Shown in pieces: positions 50,500 to 64,000 of a DNA stretch of 64,000 nucleotides. Positions within the stretch are counted from its first letter, which is position 1. Each line of letters opens with the position of its first letter. The stretch lies in assembly GCA_951406725.2 (NCBI GenBank), contig OX597829.1, forward strand, positions 3,596,001 to 3,660,000. The letters run 5' to 3'. The notes under the pieces were generated by a model, which had not been told where the DNA came from, ran no database searches, and worked only from the letters and a program-made list of their open reading frames with translations. The stretch comes from Octopus vulgaris (taxonomy: Eukaryota). The translations under genes and the position numbers were made by a program.

Positions 50500-50752
50500 T
50501 TATATAATTATAACAATAAGGGTTTTGCAAGTTCATATGGTCAAGCAACTTGTTGCAAAACCCTTATTGTTATAATTATATATATACTTTATTTAAAGCA
50601 GCAGAAAATTCAACAAAACCTGTTATTCTGAAACTCAGAGTAACAGGTTTTGTTGAATTTTCTGCTGCTTTAAATAAAGCATATTACTCTACCACTGGTA
50701 TTTGAGTACTCTTTTTTTCCACCTTGTTTCACATTTATGTGTTTACTCCGGT
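50500..50752. repeat. Two adjacent palindromes (50500-50584 and 50587-50679); the second belongs to the 8866-9091 family
   Basis: tatataattataacaataagggttttgcaa...ttgcaaaacccttattgttataattatata and ctttatttaaagcagcagaaaattcaacaaaacctgtta...taacaggttttgttgaattttctgctgctttaaataaag. Confidence 0.88.
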
Positions 50753-51181
50753 AATTATATATATATATATACATACATACATACATACACACACACACAT
50801 ACACACACATATATATATATATGTATACATATAATAGGTGTGTATACTTGTGTTTGCAGCTTTAATAGTAACATATGCTGATCTTTAGTTTGATGTATAT
50901 ATATAATATATATGGGCACTGATGTGGCTGTATGGCAAGGAGTTTGCTTCTCAACCACATGGTTTTGGGTTCAGTTCCACTGTGTATTACCTTTGGCAAG
51001 TGTCTTCTGCTGTAGCCTTTGTTTTTGACCAACGCCTTGTGAATGAATTTGGTAGATGGAAACTGAAAGAAGCCTGTTGTGTGTGTGTGTACATATGTGC
51101 GTACATACATAAATACATACGGATCAAAACAGTTTCAGTCTGATCCATACATGTAACTCCCAATAAATTTGTCCACTCACA

Positions 51182-51232
<51 letters not shown>

Positions 51233-53070
51233 GTATGCGTGTCTGTCCCCCCACCACTGGGAGACAGACACACTGCTTGACAACTGGTATTGATCCCTGT
51301 AACTTAGAGGCTTAGCGAAAGAGACAAAATAAGTACCAGGTTTCAGAAAATAAGTCCTGGGGTCGATACATTTGACTAAAATTCTTCAAGGCAGTGCTCC
51401 AGCATGGCCACAGTCTAATGACTGAAACAAGTAAAAGTGTGCTCATACAGGTGAAACTCAGAGTAGCAATAGACTGGTTCAACCAAGACAGTATATACAT
51501 ACATACATTATTTAATGATGTAAGTATATGCTATCATTTTTTTTCTGACAGTCAAGTTCTCATGAAAACCTACCCATCATGGCAAAACTGACTTTAGGAA
51601 GTGCTGCATGGATATATATAAAGATGAGAATGTGTGTCTGTCTGTGAGAACTACACAACCAATTTCATTCAAATTTTACACATGCCTTACTTGGGATCCA
51701 TGTAGTGTCATAGGCCAGAAAATTTTTTAACTTCTTGCCTAGTGTGAGCCCGGATCAATATCATATCTTCTCCACTTTCAGTATTAGGTGTCAAAAGTGA
51801 AAGAATAGCATCTCTCTATTGTAATGTCAGATAGTTTCACTTTAATACTGAAACTATTAAAGTGAAACTATTATCTCACATATACTGGCATACATACATA
51901 CATATATATAATATATATTTTGTATATATTGGCACAGGAGTGGCTGTGTGGTAAGTAGCTTGCTTACCAACCATATTGTTCCGGATTCAGTCCCACTGCG
52001 TGGCATCTTCTGCTATAGCCTTGGGTCGACCAAAGCCTTGTGAGTGGATTTGGTAGACAGAAACTGAAAGAAGCTTATCATATATATGTATATATGTTTG
52101 TGTGTCTGTGTTTGTCCCCCTAGAAATGCTTGACAATCGATACTGGTGTGTTTATGTCCCCGTCACTTAGCGGTTCAGCAAAAGAGACCGATAGAATAAG
52201 TACTAGGCTTACAAAGAATAAGTCCTGGAGTTGATTTGCTTGACTAAAGGCGGTGCCCCAGCATGGCCGCAGTCAAATGACTGAAACAAATAAAAGAGTA
52301 AAAGATATATATATATATATGTATATATCTGCACAAATGTATATATATATAGATGTATATATAAACATGTATATATAGACGTATATGTGTACATGTATAT
52401 GTATACATGTATATGTGTAGATGTATATAGATGCACATGTAATATGTACACATATATATACACATATATACATCATCATCATTATTTAGCGTCCGTTCTC
52501 CATGCTAGCATGGGTTGGGACATATACATGTATATATATATTTATATATATATATATATACACCCATACACACATACACACCCACCCATCCACACACACA
52601 TACATAGGTGCAGGTGTGGCTGTGTGGTTACAAACTTGGTTCCAGAACACATGGTCCTGGGTTCAGTCCCACTGTGTGGTGACTTGGCATGTGTCTTCTG
52701 CTATAGCCTCAGACTAACCAAAGCCTTGTCAGTGGATTTCGTAGACAGAAACTCAAAGAAATCAATTGTGTATATATATATATATATGTTTGTATATATG
52801 TAAGTGTATGTTTGTGTCTTTGTCTCTGTGTTTCTCCCTCATCACTGCTTCACAACTGCTGTTCGTTTATTTACATCCCCATAACTTATTGGTTTCACAA
52901 GAACGAACTGATAGAATAAGTACCAGGCTTATCAAAATAAAAAAAAAAGCACTAGGCAGTGTCTCATAGTTTTGTATGCCCACTCAATTGTATCTATCAA
53001 TCTATGTTTTTGTGTATATATATAATACACACACACACATATTTACGTGTATGTATATGTGTATATTTAT

Positions 53071-53715
53071 ATCTATTATATAAGAGTCAATGTCTTTATG
53101 TGTGTTCGTGTGCTACTTATACATTCAAAAACTACTGCACCTATCCTAATGAAATTTGGAACACAAAATCCAAGCCTAGTGAGAAGGGTAATGCTGTGTG
53201 CTTCATACAATTTCATGGACCAAAATTACTGAATGGATCCTTTTGATAATTGGAATTTACATTCAATGCATAAGGGCAGGTATAATGCAATATATTTGGT
53301 TTGGGTTTGAGATGGCTTCAAGGGGGCAGAACCCCCATGAAAATTCATACATTTTCAATGTTGATGAAATTTTAACCATGGGTAATTGACACACATCAAG
53401 AATTATTCTCAAAGTTTCCACTTCTCATGAGCATTCTAAGACTCCTTTGTGGGGGCCTTAACTCCCAAATTTTAGTCATTTTTTGTGATCCAAAACTCGG
53501 TCTAAAGTACTGACTGGATCTTTATGAAATTTGGAAATTATATTCTATACATAAGGGCCATAACCCCCATGAAAATTCAAATATTTTGGCTGTTGATGAA
53601 ATTTTAACCATAGATATTAGACACAAATGAAGTAATATTTCTAAAATTTCGTCTTCTTAGAAGTTACAAAGACCCCTTCATGGGGACTTAACACCCACAG
53701 TTTAGTCGTTTTATC
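53071..53715 (+). mobile_element. Helitron-like 5' portion with an internal ~230-bp tandem duplication
   Basis: Starts atctattatataagag...atgaaatttgg; ccccatgaaaattca...gttgatgaaattttaacca is repeated at ~53333 and ~53566. A similar 5' end lies at ~51612. Confidence 0.45.
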
Positions 53716-54731
53716 TAAGCAAAGATGAATACAGTTGTACTCTTGGAAGTTGTAGGGTCACCCAAGCATAAAAGATGAGCATTATTTGTAATTCAATAGT
53801 ACATCAGTGTAAGAGTTTGCTTTAAGATGTGCGTAGATTGTGATTTCTGCAATGTGGTGCATAAATTGTCAAGTAAATGAGAGGCATCTTTGCCTCCACT
53901 GATTCAGTTGCAAAGTGTTGAGTAAAGTTATTTGGTTGCAGACCTCCTTTGAGTCCTTTTATTATCACTAGGTCACACTTAGTCCCCAGATGATAACATT
54001 GATTTCAAGGCCTTCCCAGATGAGTGACTGGTTATTCAAAGACATTTATAGATTGTAAATTTATCCGTCCAGTTACCTATCAGTATAGTGGTCATTTGCA
54101 AACCCCAGAGGTGACATTTTCATTTGTCCTTAGCCCTCGCATCACACAGTTGTTTAATATTTATTTGAGTTGGGTCATGCCCTTCCAATTGCTATACATC
54201 CGTAATCCATCTTAGGGCTGTGCCTATTACCTGTATTGGGAGTGGTAACGACTAAGGTAGGGTAGCTGACTGCTTATTGTGATCATTCGTCTTTTGGTTT
54301 CCTGTAGCTTTGCTCTCTTTTACAAACCCAGTGAGCATATATTTCCTATTTCAAAGAAATTCAAACAATAGATATAAGACCCAAGTTAAAAAGATTCTCA
54401 ACAATTCAACTTCTGTGGTTGACATTAAGACGCCCACTCTCCAATAGAGGCCTTAACTCCCACATTTTAGAGCTCAATGACCTCCATTTTTCAGGAGCAA
54501 AATCCTTTAACATATATTCCAGCTGGAATTTTGAAATCTATGCATAAAGATCAGTAGTATGTGATACATGTGTCATGATTAGAATTTTTTAGGGTGTGTA
54601 AAGAGGGAAAGAACCCTTATCTGCAATTTTGATGAAATTTGAATCCTAGGTATTCCAGTTAATTAGAGAAAATATAACAGAAAAGTCTAATTCTTCAATT
54701 CCTTGTAATACTGACAACGCCAGGTATCTCT

Positions 54732-54788
<57 letters not shown>

Positions 54789-56049
54789 TATTTGTTTTGC
54801 AAGATTCTTGATGTGAATACACACACACACACACATGTGTGTGTGTGTGTGTGTATCATCATCATCATCAGTTAATGTCCCTTTTTCTATGCTGACATGG
54901 GTTGGATGCTTTGACAAGAACAGACAAGCCAGAGGCCTCTGCCAGGTTCTATGTCTCCATTGGAATGGTTTCTACAGTTGGATGCCATTTCTAATACCAA
55001 CCACTTAACAAAGTGTACTGGTTGCTTTTTCTTATATGTGTGTGTGTGTGTATGTATGTATGTATATATCATCATTTAATGTTCATTGTCCATACTGGCA
55101 TAGGCTGGGACAAAGCTGAGAGCTGCACCAGGCTCCAGTCTGATTTGGTATGTTTTCTACAGCTTGATGCCCTTCCTAATAGATATATATATGTATATGA
55201 ACATCTCACTCATGTCCCCCACCACCATCACATACACCATATTATCCACTGCAGCTCCCCCTCCCCCCTTGCTACCCTTGCACCTGTTAGCCCTTCTTCA
55301 TCCGTTTATTTTGTTCTTCATACCTACATGCTGCAGTGGCCCTCCCCCACCCTCCTTAGACAACCAAATTATCTCTCTTCAAGCACTATCTCTTCATCTC
55401 TCTCTCTACTCCACCCCTTGCAGCCCCTTCCCAAATGCATCATCATCTCTCTTCTCCACCCCTACCATTTCCCTGTCAATGCTACCATCATTACCATCCA
55501 GCTGTTAGCATCACTGCAACCCCCTCAACTCATGCAGCCCCTCCCTACAACCCTTCCTCAATCTTTACAGCTGTTGCCTACCTCCCTCTCCCACTTATCC
55601 CTTTCCCCTACCCGTATACTCTTGCAAACACCCATTCCCCCCACCTGCTACTACCTCTGCTACATGAGGTCCCACCTGGATACCTCATCACCACTGTCTA
55701 TCTCCTTTGAGATAACCTCTAATTCATTCTCATTCCTAAACGTGTGTAGTAGCCATGCAGCTCCTCTACCCCCAACCTCTTCCCTCATATCTTGACCCCC
55801 ATGTAACATTTGGATATCGTATCCGTATGTTAGATGCAAGCTATATGGTGACCTCAATAGTGCCAGTGGAACAACAAAAAGCACCCTGTACACTCTGTAG
55901 AGTTGTTGGCATTAGGAAGTGCATCCAGCCATATAAACCACGTCAATGCAAACACTAGAGCATGATGAAATCCATTGACCCATCACATCCTTGTTAAATC
56001 ATCCAACCCATGCCAGCATGGAATATGGACATTAAATGATGATGATAAT

Positions 56050-57515
56050 TGTTGTATGGGGGAATCTGTACTCCCCCGTGATTGTCTAAGTGAACTGTGC
56101 TTAGTATAAATGAGCATACGCAGAACAGTCTGAGAGGAGTGTCATATGTGCAGTCATAGTGTACAGGTTGTAGGTATTATTGAATAGAGATATTGTGGAG
56201 TGCTTGTTGAAGATACACATTTGGAGAGTAATAAGAGAACATCAGGAATGTTTGATATTATAACAGTTCAGATATAAGTGATGACGAGAAGAAATTTTTG
56301 CCAAGCTTAATGGAGGCAAACTCTTTTCTAAACTGGATTTATCAGAAGCTTATTTACAGCTGCAGATAGATGAAGAATGTTCCAACCTGTTAATGATAAA
56401 CACACACAAAGGGTTATACTGGTTTAACTGACTTCCTTTCAGAATAAAAGTTGCACCTGTAATTTTTCAACAGGTTATGGATACAATGTTAGCAGACTGT
56501 AAATTTGCAGTTCCATACCTGGATGATATATTAATTAAAAGTGAATCTTGTGATCAGCATGTCGAGCACGTAAAGTGTGTTTTTGAAAAAAATAAGAGAT
56601 TATGGTTTCAGATTGAGTGAGGCAAAATGTGAATTTTTCTTACCTGAAATTAAGTATTTAGGACAAATTATTGACAGGAATGGATGACAAGATGACCTGT
56701 TGAGGGCTGACACAAAGATATACTTCCTCCAACTAATATAACAACTTTACAAACTTTTCTAGGTCTTGCGAATTATTATCAAAGGTATATTCCAAAAATG
56801 CATGAGCTAAGAGCATCTTTAAAAAAACTATTGAAAAAAGATATAAAATGATGTTGAACTAACGAATGCCAAAAAAAAATTCAAAGTGATTAGAAAGATG
56901 TTAATGTTAGAGCTATCTCCAGCACATTTTGATCCAAAACTAAAAATAATTGTAGCATCAGATGCTAGCTAGTCTGGGATCAGGGCAGTAATCTTGCATA
57001 AGTTGGAAAATGGTAATGTAAAACCGATCACACATGCATTACTATCGATGGAAAAAAATTATTGCCAGATAGAGAAAGAGGCACTAACCATTATCTTTGC
57101 AGTGAAGAAATTTCATAAATTCTTGCACAGCAGAAAGTTTACCTTGCAGACAGATCACGGTCCACTATTAACAACATATGGATAAAAAAAAAGGTGTCCC
57201 TACACATACAGCCAATTGATTACAGGGGGATTACCTTATTAAATTATGATTTGAAAATGGAATTTTTGCCTTTGAAGAAATTGGGACATGTAGATGGGCT
57301 GTCGTGATTGATCCCAGAGTATAAGGAACCGCTAGAAGATATGGTAATAGCAGCATTAAAATCAGAAGTTGAATTAAAAAATATTCTCTGCAATGTAGCG
57401 TGGGAACTACCAGTCGCATTGGAAGAGATAAAAAGTAAAGTAGAAAAAGATGCATTTATTGACAAAATTAAAAAAATAATAATGAGACGAATACAAAAAA
57501 TTATGCCGCAGGTTT
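56050..57515 (+). mobile_element. Ty3/gypsy LTR retrotransposon relic: putative LTR (56050-56265) plus RT/RNase H
   Basis: KLDLSEAYLQL, INTHKGLY, LPF.IKVAP.IFQQVMD, YLDDILI, FLGLANYY, DAS, NYCQIEKEAL.IIFAVKKFH, TDH. The upstream segment is bounded by TGT...ACA and followed by a PBS-like gtgatgacgag. Confidence 0.9.
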
Positions 57516-57994
57516 GAAATACTATTTGATGTGTAGGGTGGGTGAGGATGGGGGTAGTGAGTGATGAAGAAAGGTGGAAGAACTGTTTGAGAAATACCAG
57601 TATTGAGAGGGGGTGGGGTAAGATAGGAGAGAGAAAAGTGTCTCAGGCAGGAGAATGGATAAAAAAAAATATGGGGAATGATGTGTGAGGTGTAGGAGCA
57701 GTGGGGGAGAGGTACAAAAATTGGTTATAGAGAGTGGGGAATGATGGAGTTTTCAGAATGATAACAAATATGAAGGTGTGTTATGACAGGGTATGGTAGA
57801 TGAGAGAAAGAGAGAGATGTAGCTGAAGGCACAGAAAGGAGGTGATGATCAGTGGGAAATAAAGCAGGAAGGGATGGCAATGAGAATGAGATATGGAAGC
57901 AGTTCCAGGTGTGGTGGTGGTGGGGGACTTGTATTGTGCACCAATTCTGGTCTCAGGTGATTACAGCAGTCAAATAATGCTATAGATATAATTT

Positions 57995-59185
57995 ATATAG
58001 TAGGTTAGAAGGAAAGTTCTGTTGCATTTCTAGATAGGAAAGGACAAAAGCTTCTTTGGTCATAATTGTTCCTCCCATTATTGATAACATAGTTCCAGCT
58101 ATTTGGTAAATTGTTGATTCCTCCAGTGTAAAATTTCTCAGGTTTCACAGCAAAGGAACACTCTATCATTTTCAACCTCTTCGCAATTCCTAATAGTTTT
58201 CCACCTAAATGATGTTTCAATGGTCTGAAAAGATGATAGTCAGGAGAGTAAAGAGGATGAGGTAAAACCTTCATAATCTTTTCTTGAGTGACATGGGCAG
58301 TATTTGGTCTTGCATTATGATGTATGAGCAACACCTCTTCATGATTGACCAACGATTGACCAGTTTCTTTTTTTCTGCATATTTTTGTGTGGCGCTTCTG
58401 ATTGAGGACAATGCTTCTCCACATTAACCGTTTCACTTTGGTTTAACACTTCATGATTGACAACACTCTCCGTATCATGTCAAACGCACAACATGGCTAT
58501 TTTTTGGGGGTATAGTCCTAGTTTGGGGATGGATTCTCCTTCTTTCATTTGGTGCTAACCATTGTCATTTTTGTTTGATATGATTATAGGGTATCCACTG
58601 TTCATCACTTGTGATGATTCTACCCAGGAAAAAGTTTATTAGAAATTCTGTTCTTTAAGACAAGCAGAGGATAACTCTTTGATTAAGCTGAGAAGCAGTA
58701 AGATTATTTTAGGAATATGTTTTAAGAATGAAATGTGACATGAATTGAACTGTTTTGCCAATTCTCTTGAAGTTTGTTTTGGTTTGTTTTTTTCTTGATT
58801 GTGGCTTTCAGAAGCCCAATATTGACAAAAGCTCATTGTCTATGTTGAGTGTAATCTGTGGGATAAAAACTTACTGAGCTAAACTGACGAAACAATCGTT
58901 GACATGTGCAGACACTTAAAGCTTCATCCTTGTCGACAAAATGAATATTTCTTGCTGCTTCTATTGCTGAAGAGCTCTTTTTGAATTCATGCAGCATGAT
59001 GTGTCAGATATGAGTCTGATCTAAAACCATTTTAAAAGGGTAAATGCAATATGAATTTAACCACTAAAGTATAAATTAAGAAATAAAAAACATTACAACG
59101 TAAAAATTAATGCTTGTTTTACTATTTTACTGTAAGTGTTGTAAAGGCACCTTCAAAATGATAATGTCAAAGTGCCCCAGAAACT
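57995..59185 (-). mobile_element. Decayed mariner element
   Basis: HIMLHEFKKSSSAIEAARNI, QTSRELA, IITSDEQWI.Y, LLIHHNARP.TA, LPHPLYSPDYHLFR. Confidence 0.88.
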
Positions 59186-59597
59186 AATATATATGTATGT
59201 ATATGTATCATCAGCATCCCCATTTAATGTCCTCATTCATTGGTGGTATGGGTTGGGCAGTTTGTCAGGATCTACTGAGCCCAAAGACCATATTGTGCTC
59301 CAGTGCCTGCTTAGACATGGTTTCTATAGCTAGATACCTTTCTTAATATCAACCACTTTGCAACATGTACAGTGTGCTTTTTATGTAGCACCAGCACTAG
59401 TGAGGTTGCTATGCAGCTTTCAAGACTACAAACACCTAGGAAACAATTTTATGCTAGAAGATGAATAAAGAGGGGTATTAGAGAAAAGGGCCTACCTAGA
59501 ATAGATTGCTTCCTGTTGAGGAGCTACATGACTAGTCACATTTTAGAAGACAGAGTGGGAGTGATCAGGTGGGGCTGGAATATATGTGTATAATGTG

Positions 59598-59633
<36 letters not shown>

Positions 59634-59689
59634 TATGTAAGCATACATTGCTTTATGTGTATACATATATATGTATATGTATGTATTCA

Positions 59690-60000
59690 GCCTAGATGAC
59701 AGTCTTTACATACTTATTCTCGGAGACCTCAACGTCCCTAATGTCGAATAGCCTGAGGGCTGCCTTCTTTCAGGTATGTTACTGCATGAACAGGGGCAAG
59801 CTGAGTCTCTGCTTAAACTTACAAATATGCTATTAGTGGAACAAATAATGCTCTACCTAACAATGGGTAAAAATGTACTGGACCTCTATTTCACACATAA
59901 CATAGTATTTATCCATAATGTTAAGATGGCATCAACGATTTTCTTGGATCATAACTTAGTAGAACTTACAATGTATGGTCTGTAGAAAACTGTAAATGTG
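59690..60000 (+). mobile_element. LINE APE endonuclease fragment (CR1/L2-like)
   Basis: ILILGDLNVP, PTMGKNVLDLYFT, DHNLV. Confidence 0.7.
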
Positions 60001-62044
60001 CTACCTTCTAGAAGTATTCAGTTCCTTTCCAGAGTTGAAGTGTTGGTGTAATTATGATATTCTGGCAATCTGAAGAGCTCGCTTTCTATATCTGCATTAA
60101 TTTGTAGGTTTACAATTGTATTGTGTGGCAGGCATATTGGTGCAGACATGTAAAATAATTTACTATACACTAAAATTATTATTGCATAATGAAGGCTGCG
60201 AAATGGCTGTAATCCTACAGATATCAAAGGGTTAAATAAACATATTCACCTTTCATATCTCCTGACCTTTTATGGTCTATACACTTCACATAAAATAATT
60301 TCATAGATTGGATTGCTTGGATTTCAACTGCATAGAATTCTATACCTTTCCTTCATTTGACATTAAACTCTGCTTGCGAAGATCTGTTGAGGCAAGTGAA
60401 ATCGAAATCAAATTCAATGACTGGTTTCTGTGCTAGTGGAGCGCTAAGAGTACCATCCGAGCGTGATTGTTGCCAGAGCAGCAAACTGGCTTCCTTGCCA
60501 GTGGCATGTAAAGAGCACCATTCGAGCGTGATCGTTACCAGTGTCCCCTTACTATCACTTGTGCCGGTGGCACATGAAAAAATATTCGAGTGAGGTCATT
60601 GCCAGTGCCGCTGGACTGGCTCCTGTGCAGGTGGCATGTAAAAAACACCATTTGAGTATGGCCATTGCCAGTACCGCCTGACTGGCTCTTGTGCTGGTGG
60701 CATGTAAAGACACCCACTACACTCTTGGAATGGTTGGCAGTAGGAAGGGCATCCAACTGTAGAAACTCTGCCAGATCAGCTTGGAATCTGGTTCGCCAGA
60801 CCTCAGTCAAATCGGTCCAACCCATGCTAGCATGGAAAGCAGATGTTAAACGATGATGATGATGATGATATATATATATATATATATATGTTTGTATACA
60901 TATACATATCACCTTTCAATTTCTGTTTACTAAATCCACTCATAAGCTTCAGTTAGCTGGTTGGCCCAGCTTTGAATAGAAGACTCTTGTCCATATTAAT
61001 ACGTAATAGACCTGCATCTGAAATTACGTGCTTGTGAAGTAAATTTCCAAATCACACAGCCACACCTCCGCTTATGTATGTGTATATGTTTGTACACACA
61101 CTCACACACAGGTGGGACTGAATACCCCAAAAGAAGGTCACACCATCATGACTATAAGCCTTTAAATCTGAACTTAAACTAAGAAGGGTGTTAAAACTTA
61201 ACCTAATGATTCATATTGTTCAATATATGTTTTGTATTTTCAGTCAATATCTGAGATATTTGTGATTTGTCCAGTGACATATGGAGGGGTCAAAGCTCTG
61301 ATCCCACCACCCTTGGAAAAAGTAATTCATATCATGACAACCTCAATTTGGCCGTGGCTTTGTAACTTGTTCAATTGTGAGGGATTGATTGTGATTCATT
61401 TGAGTAGAATTCACATCATCAGGGTTGAACTATTTCTAGGAGAGGCACTGATTGTATAGAAATATGCAGGAGAGATTAGTTACATGGCTTCATTTACATT
61501 AAACATTCTATGCCACTATATCACATATAAAAATGACTGCTATCATAACAACTAACCTGGGGAAAAGATGTTTCTCAATTTTATTACTTTTATAGAAATC
61601 TTGATATACATTCCATGTCTCAGAAAAATACTGTAATATTCATTATGTGTCTTTGTTAGTACTTTACTTTCTCTTTCATAAAATTTAAGTTTCATTAAAG
61701 ACCCATCCACCCATTCTTTGTTCTGTCCTTTTACCCACCTTTTTGTACCTTGTGGGTATACCTTAACATTATATTTCCACCATTCCTTCTCCTTTCTTTC
61801 TGGTGGGGTGGAGCCATGTATCTCCTCTGCAGGAAACTACCTGTTCCTCTTCCTCTAACATCCTTTAGCCTCACAATATCTGCTGCAAAGCCACCTTCTT
61901 CAAATCTGTATCTGGACATTGTCAAGGCATCTCGTTTATTGCTTGGTGACTTCACTAATGCTCATGTCACAAACAAATCCATGCCACATCACTACTATTT
62001 TCATTTTTTCCCAGCTCCACCCAATCACTCCCACCCTCTCTTCT

Positions 62045-62385
62045 CATCATCGTCGGTGGCGGCATCCGTCTGTCTCGAGAGATGATGGTGTAGCTCGGAA
62101 AAAGTGGTGGGTTTATCTGCCCTTCCTGGTGTGGCTGTGCAGACCAAACAGCGAGGGCAGTCTCTACCACATCTGGTGCAAGTGAAAGCGGATGAGAGCT
62201 GTGGTTGCTGCTGCTGCTGCTCCTTTCGCCCGGTTCTCTTTAGTTTGGCAGTAGTGGCCCTCAGGTTCTCTGCTGTCATGGCTCTCTTCTACAATGTGAA
62301 TAATCACGTAGCTCATCTACAGCAAGAAACCAGTTCTGCTCTGGCCCCTTCTATCGTACTTTAACTCCTATCACGAACCTTTTCC
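62045..62385 (-). mobile_element. RTE LINE 3' end
   Basis: FTCTRCGRD...LHSH-type zinc motif, a ccatcatctctcgagacaga 3'UTR and a (GAT/GAC) tail. Confidence 0.7.
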
Positions 62386-63118
62386 TTCGGATTTGAAGTC
62401 TTATGAACTGCATGGTGGCCTTGCTAGTGTTTATGGCAGGAAAAAGTACCCAACACACTCTGCTAAGTGGTTGATGTTAGGAAGAGTATCAGCTGTAGAA
62501 ACCTTGCCCAAACAGGCATTGGAGCCCAGTGCAGCCCTCTAACTAACTTCAACATATTGATATGTCCAATCCATGTCAGTATGGATTACAGATGTTTAAT
62601 GATGATTAAACAAATCGTAAGACTATCTTTGAAAGGTTTGGCTGTGTTAAATTCATCAGACATCACAAAAGATGTGCATGGTTTGGACAGGGTTTATCGA
62701 GACAGATTTTCTATGCTTGTTTCCAATCCTCACCTGTTTCCAAGTAAAGAAATATTTCCCTAGCCATACATGTTCCCACAGAATATTGGAAATAAATGAA
62801 ACTGCCTGTATTACAATGACACTAATTTACAATTATCATCCAGTGTCAAGATAAGGAGAAGCACATGCTTGCACATATATTTATACATATATACATACAT
62901 ATATTTATACATATATTTATACATACACACACACACACACACATGTATGTCATTGTTTAGTTTTAGTACAAGATTTTTTGCCAATAGAATCTAACCTAGA
63001 TTCAAGGCTCCTTCATTGAAATTTCAACATCAAGAAACAGGGTATTTTTGTTTGTATGTATGTATGTATGTATGTATGTATGTATGTATGTATGTATGTA
63101 TGTATGTATGTATGTATG

Positions 63119-63530
63119 GGTGCAGATTTGTATGTTTTGTTTTATGTACAGCTTCTCATGCATATACTTACATACCTAGACATGCTCATATATTCAAATG
63201 ATAAACTCCTGCAAAGTTTTACAGATTTTTACAGTTCCTGTGATGGATTGGATCTGTAGTCTTCGAATAAGCTTTCTTTCTGGTTCTGAGAAGCCTAATT
63301 TCTCAAGATTGCTATTTGGGCAGTGTGTTACGTATCCCAGGGCCCCAATAATTACAGGTATAAACCTGAACTTGTAATCTGGATAGAGTAACTGCAGATT
63401 TCTCAAAAGTTCAACACAGGTATTCTCTTTTTTGTGGATCTTCAGCTTTATGTTAACGTCAAAGTGGGAGGTAGTAATCCAGCTCTTGGTCCATGACAAA
63501 CTACTTTGATGGTTGATGTTACTAATCATC
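63119..63530 (-). mobile_element. R4/Dong-clade LINE 3' end followed by (CATA)n
   Basis: KKENT..ELLRNLQLLYPDYKFRFIPVIIGALG...LQIQSITGTVKICKT*; a short 3'UTR runs directly into (CATA)n at 63050-63118. Confidence 0.85.
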
Positions 63531-63695
63531 TCGGAGCTTTCTACTAACATATCCATGCATAGTCTTCTGTTCATATAAGCTCATCCTTTCATCTGCCTGT
63601 CTGTCTGTACTTAAGCACTTCTGCCCTTTGGTTCTCAATTGTGAATAGCCACCTTAATAATGTATGTTTGTATGTCTATATAGATAGTTGTATGT

Positions 63696-63729
<34 letters not shown>

Positions 63730-64000
63730 ATGTATATACATATATGTATATGTGTATATTTATATGTACTAGCATTAAAGACCTGTCGTTGCCGGGTCAT
63801 AGTGCTAGTGCATGTATATATGTGTACATATTATATGTACATCTATATATATACATCTACACATAAAATGCAAAATACATATCTTGATATCGCTAGTGAT
63901 AACAATACTCAAAATATATAACAGACTGGAATTGTTAGCCCGTCTCTTGTAATTTCGATCAATTATATCTTGTCCTCCCTTTTGTATAGAAGTGTGGCTA

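Noticed and set aside
55013-55795. 260-aa ORF
   Set aside because: C/T-rich low-complexity repeat sequence with a related inverse tract at ~57540-57930; no domain motifs.
61232-61459. Candidate exon 2 of the neurobeachin-like gene
   Set aside because: It has an AG acceptor but no LVGG.FD-type sequence and no clear donor.

Overview
Repeat-dominated, AT-rich animal genomic DNA. The SINE families and (TACA)/(TA)/(CA) microsatellites are of the type abundant in octopus genomes (an inference). Most of the window is decayed, nested mobile DNA: LINEs (RTE, L1/Tx1, CR1, R4/Dong, CRE), Penelope-like elements (PLEs) with hammerhead-ribozyme motifs, two mariner relics, a deleted Ty3/gypsy element, non-autonomous Helitrons, MITEs, tRNA-derived SINEs and an old ~110-bp satellite (32.3-42.4 kb). 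I can support only one host exon: a 60-codon first coding exon at 47155-47334 (+) resembling neurobeachin/LRBA. It is preceded by a repeated ETS-motif/splice-donor module that may be a bidirectional promoter. The most interesting signals are an R4/Dong-type LINE group repeatedly abutting (TACA)n tracts, several type I hammerhead motifs, the promoter module array and several fold-back rearrangements. All assignments come from reading motifs by eye with no database searches, and boundaries of decayed elements are approximate.
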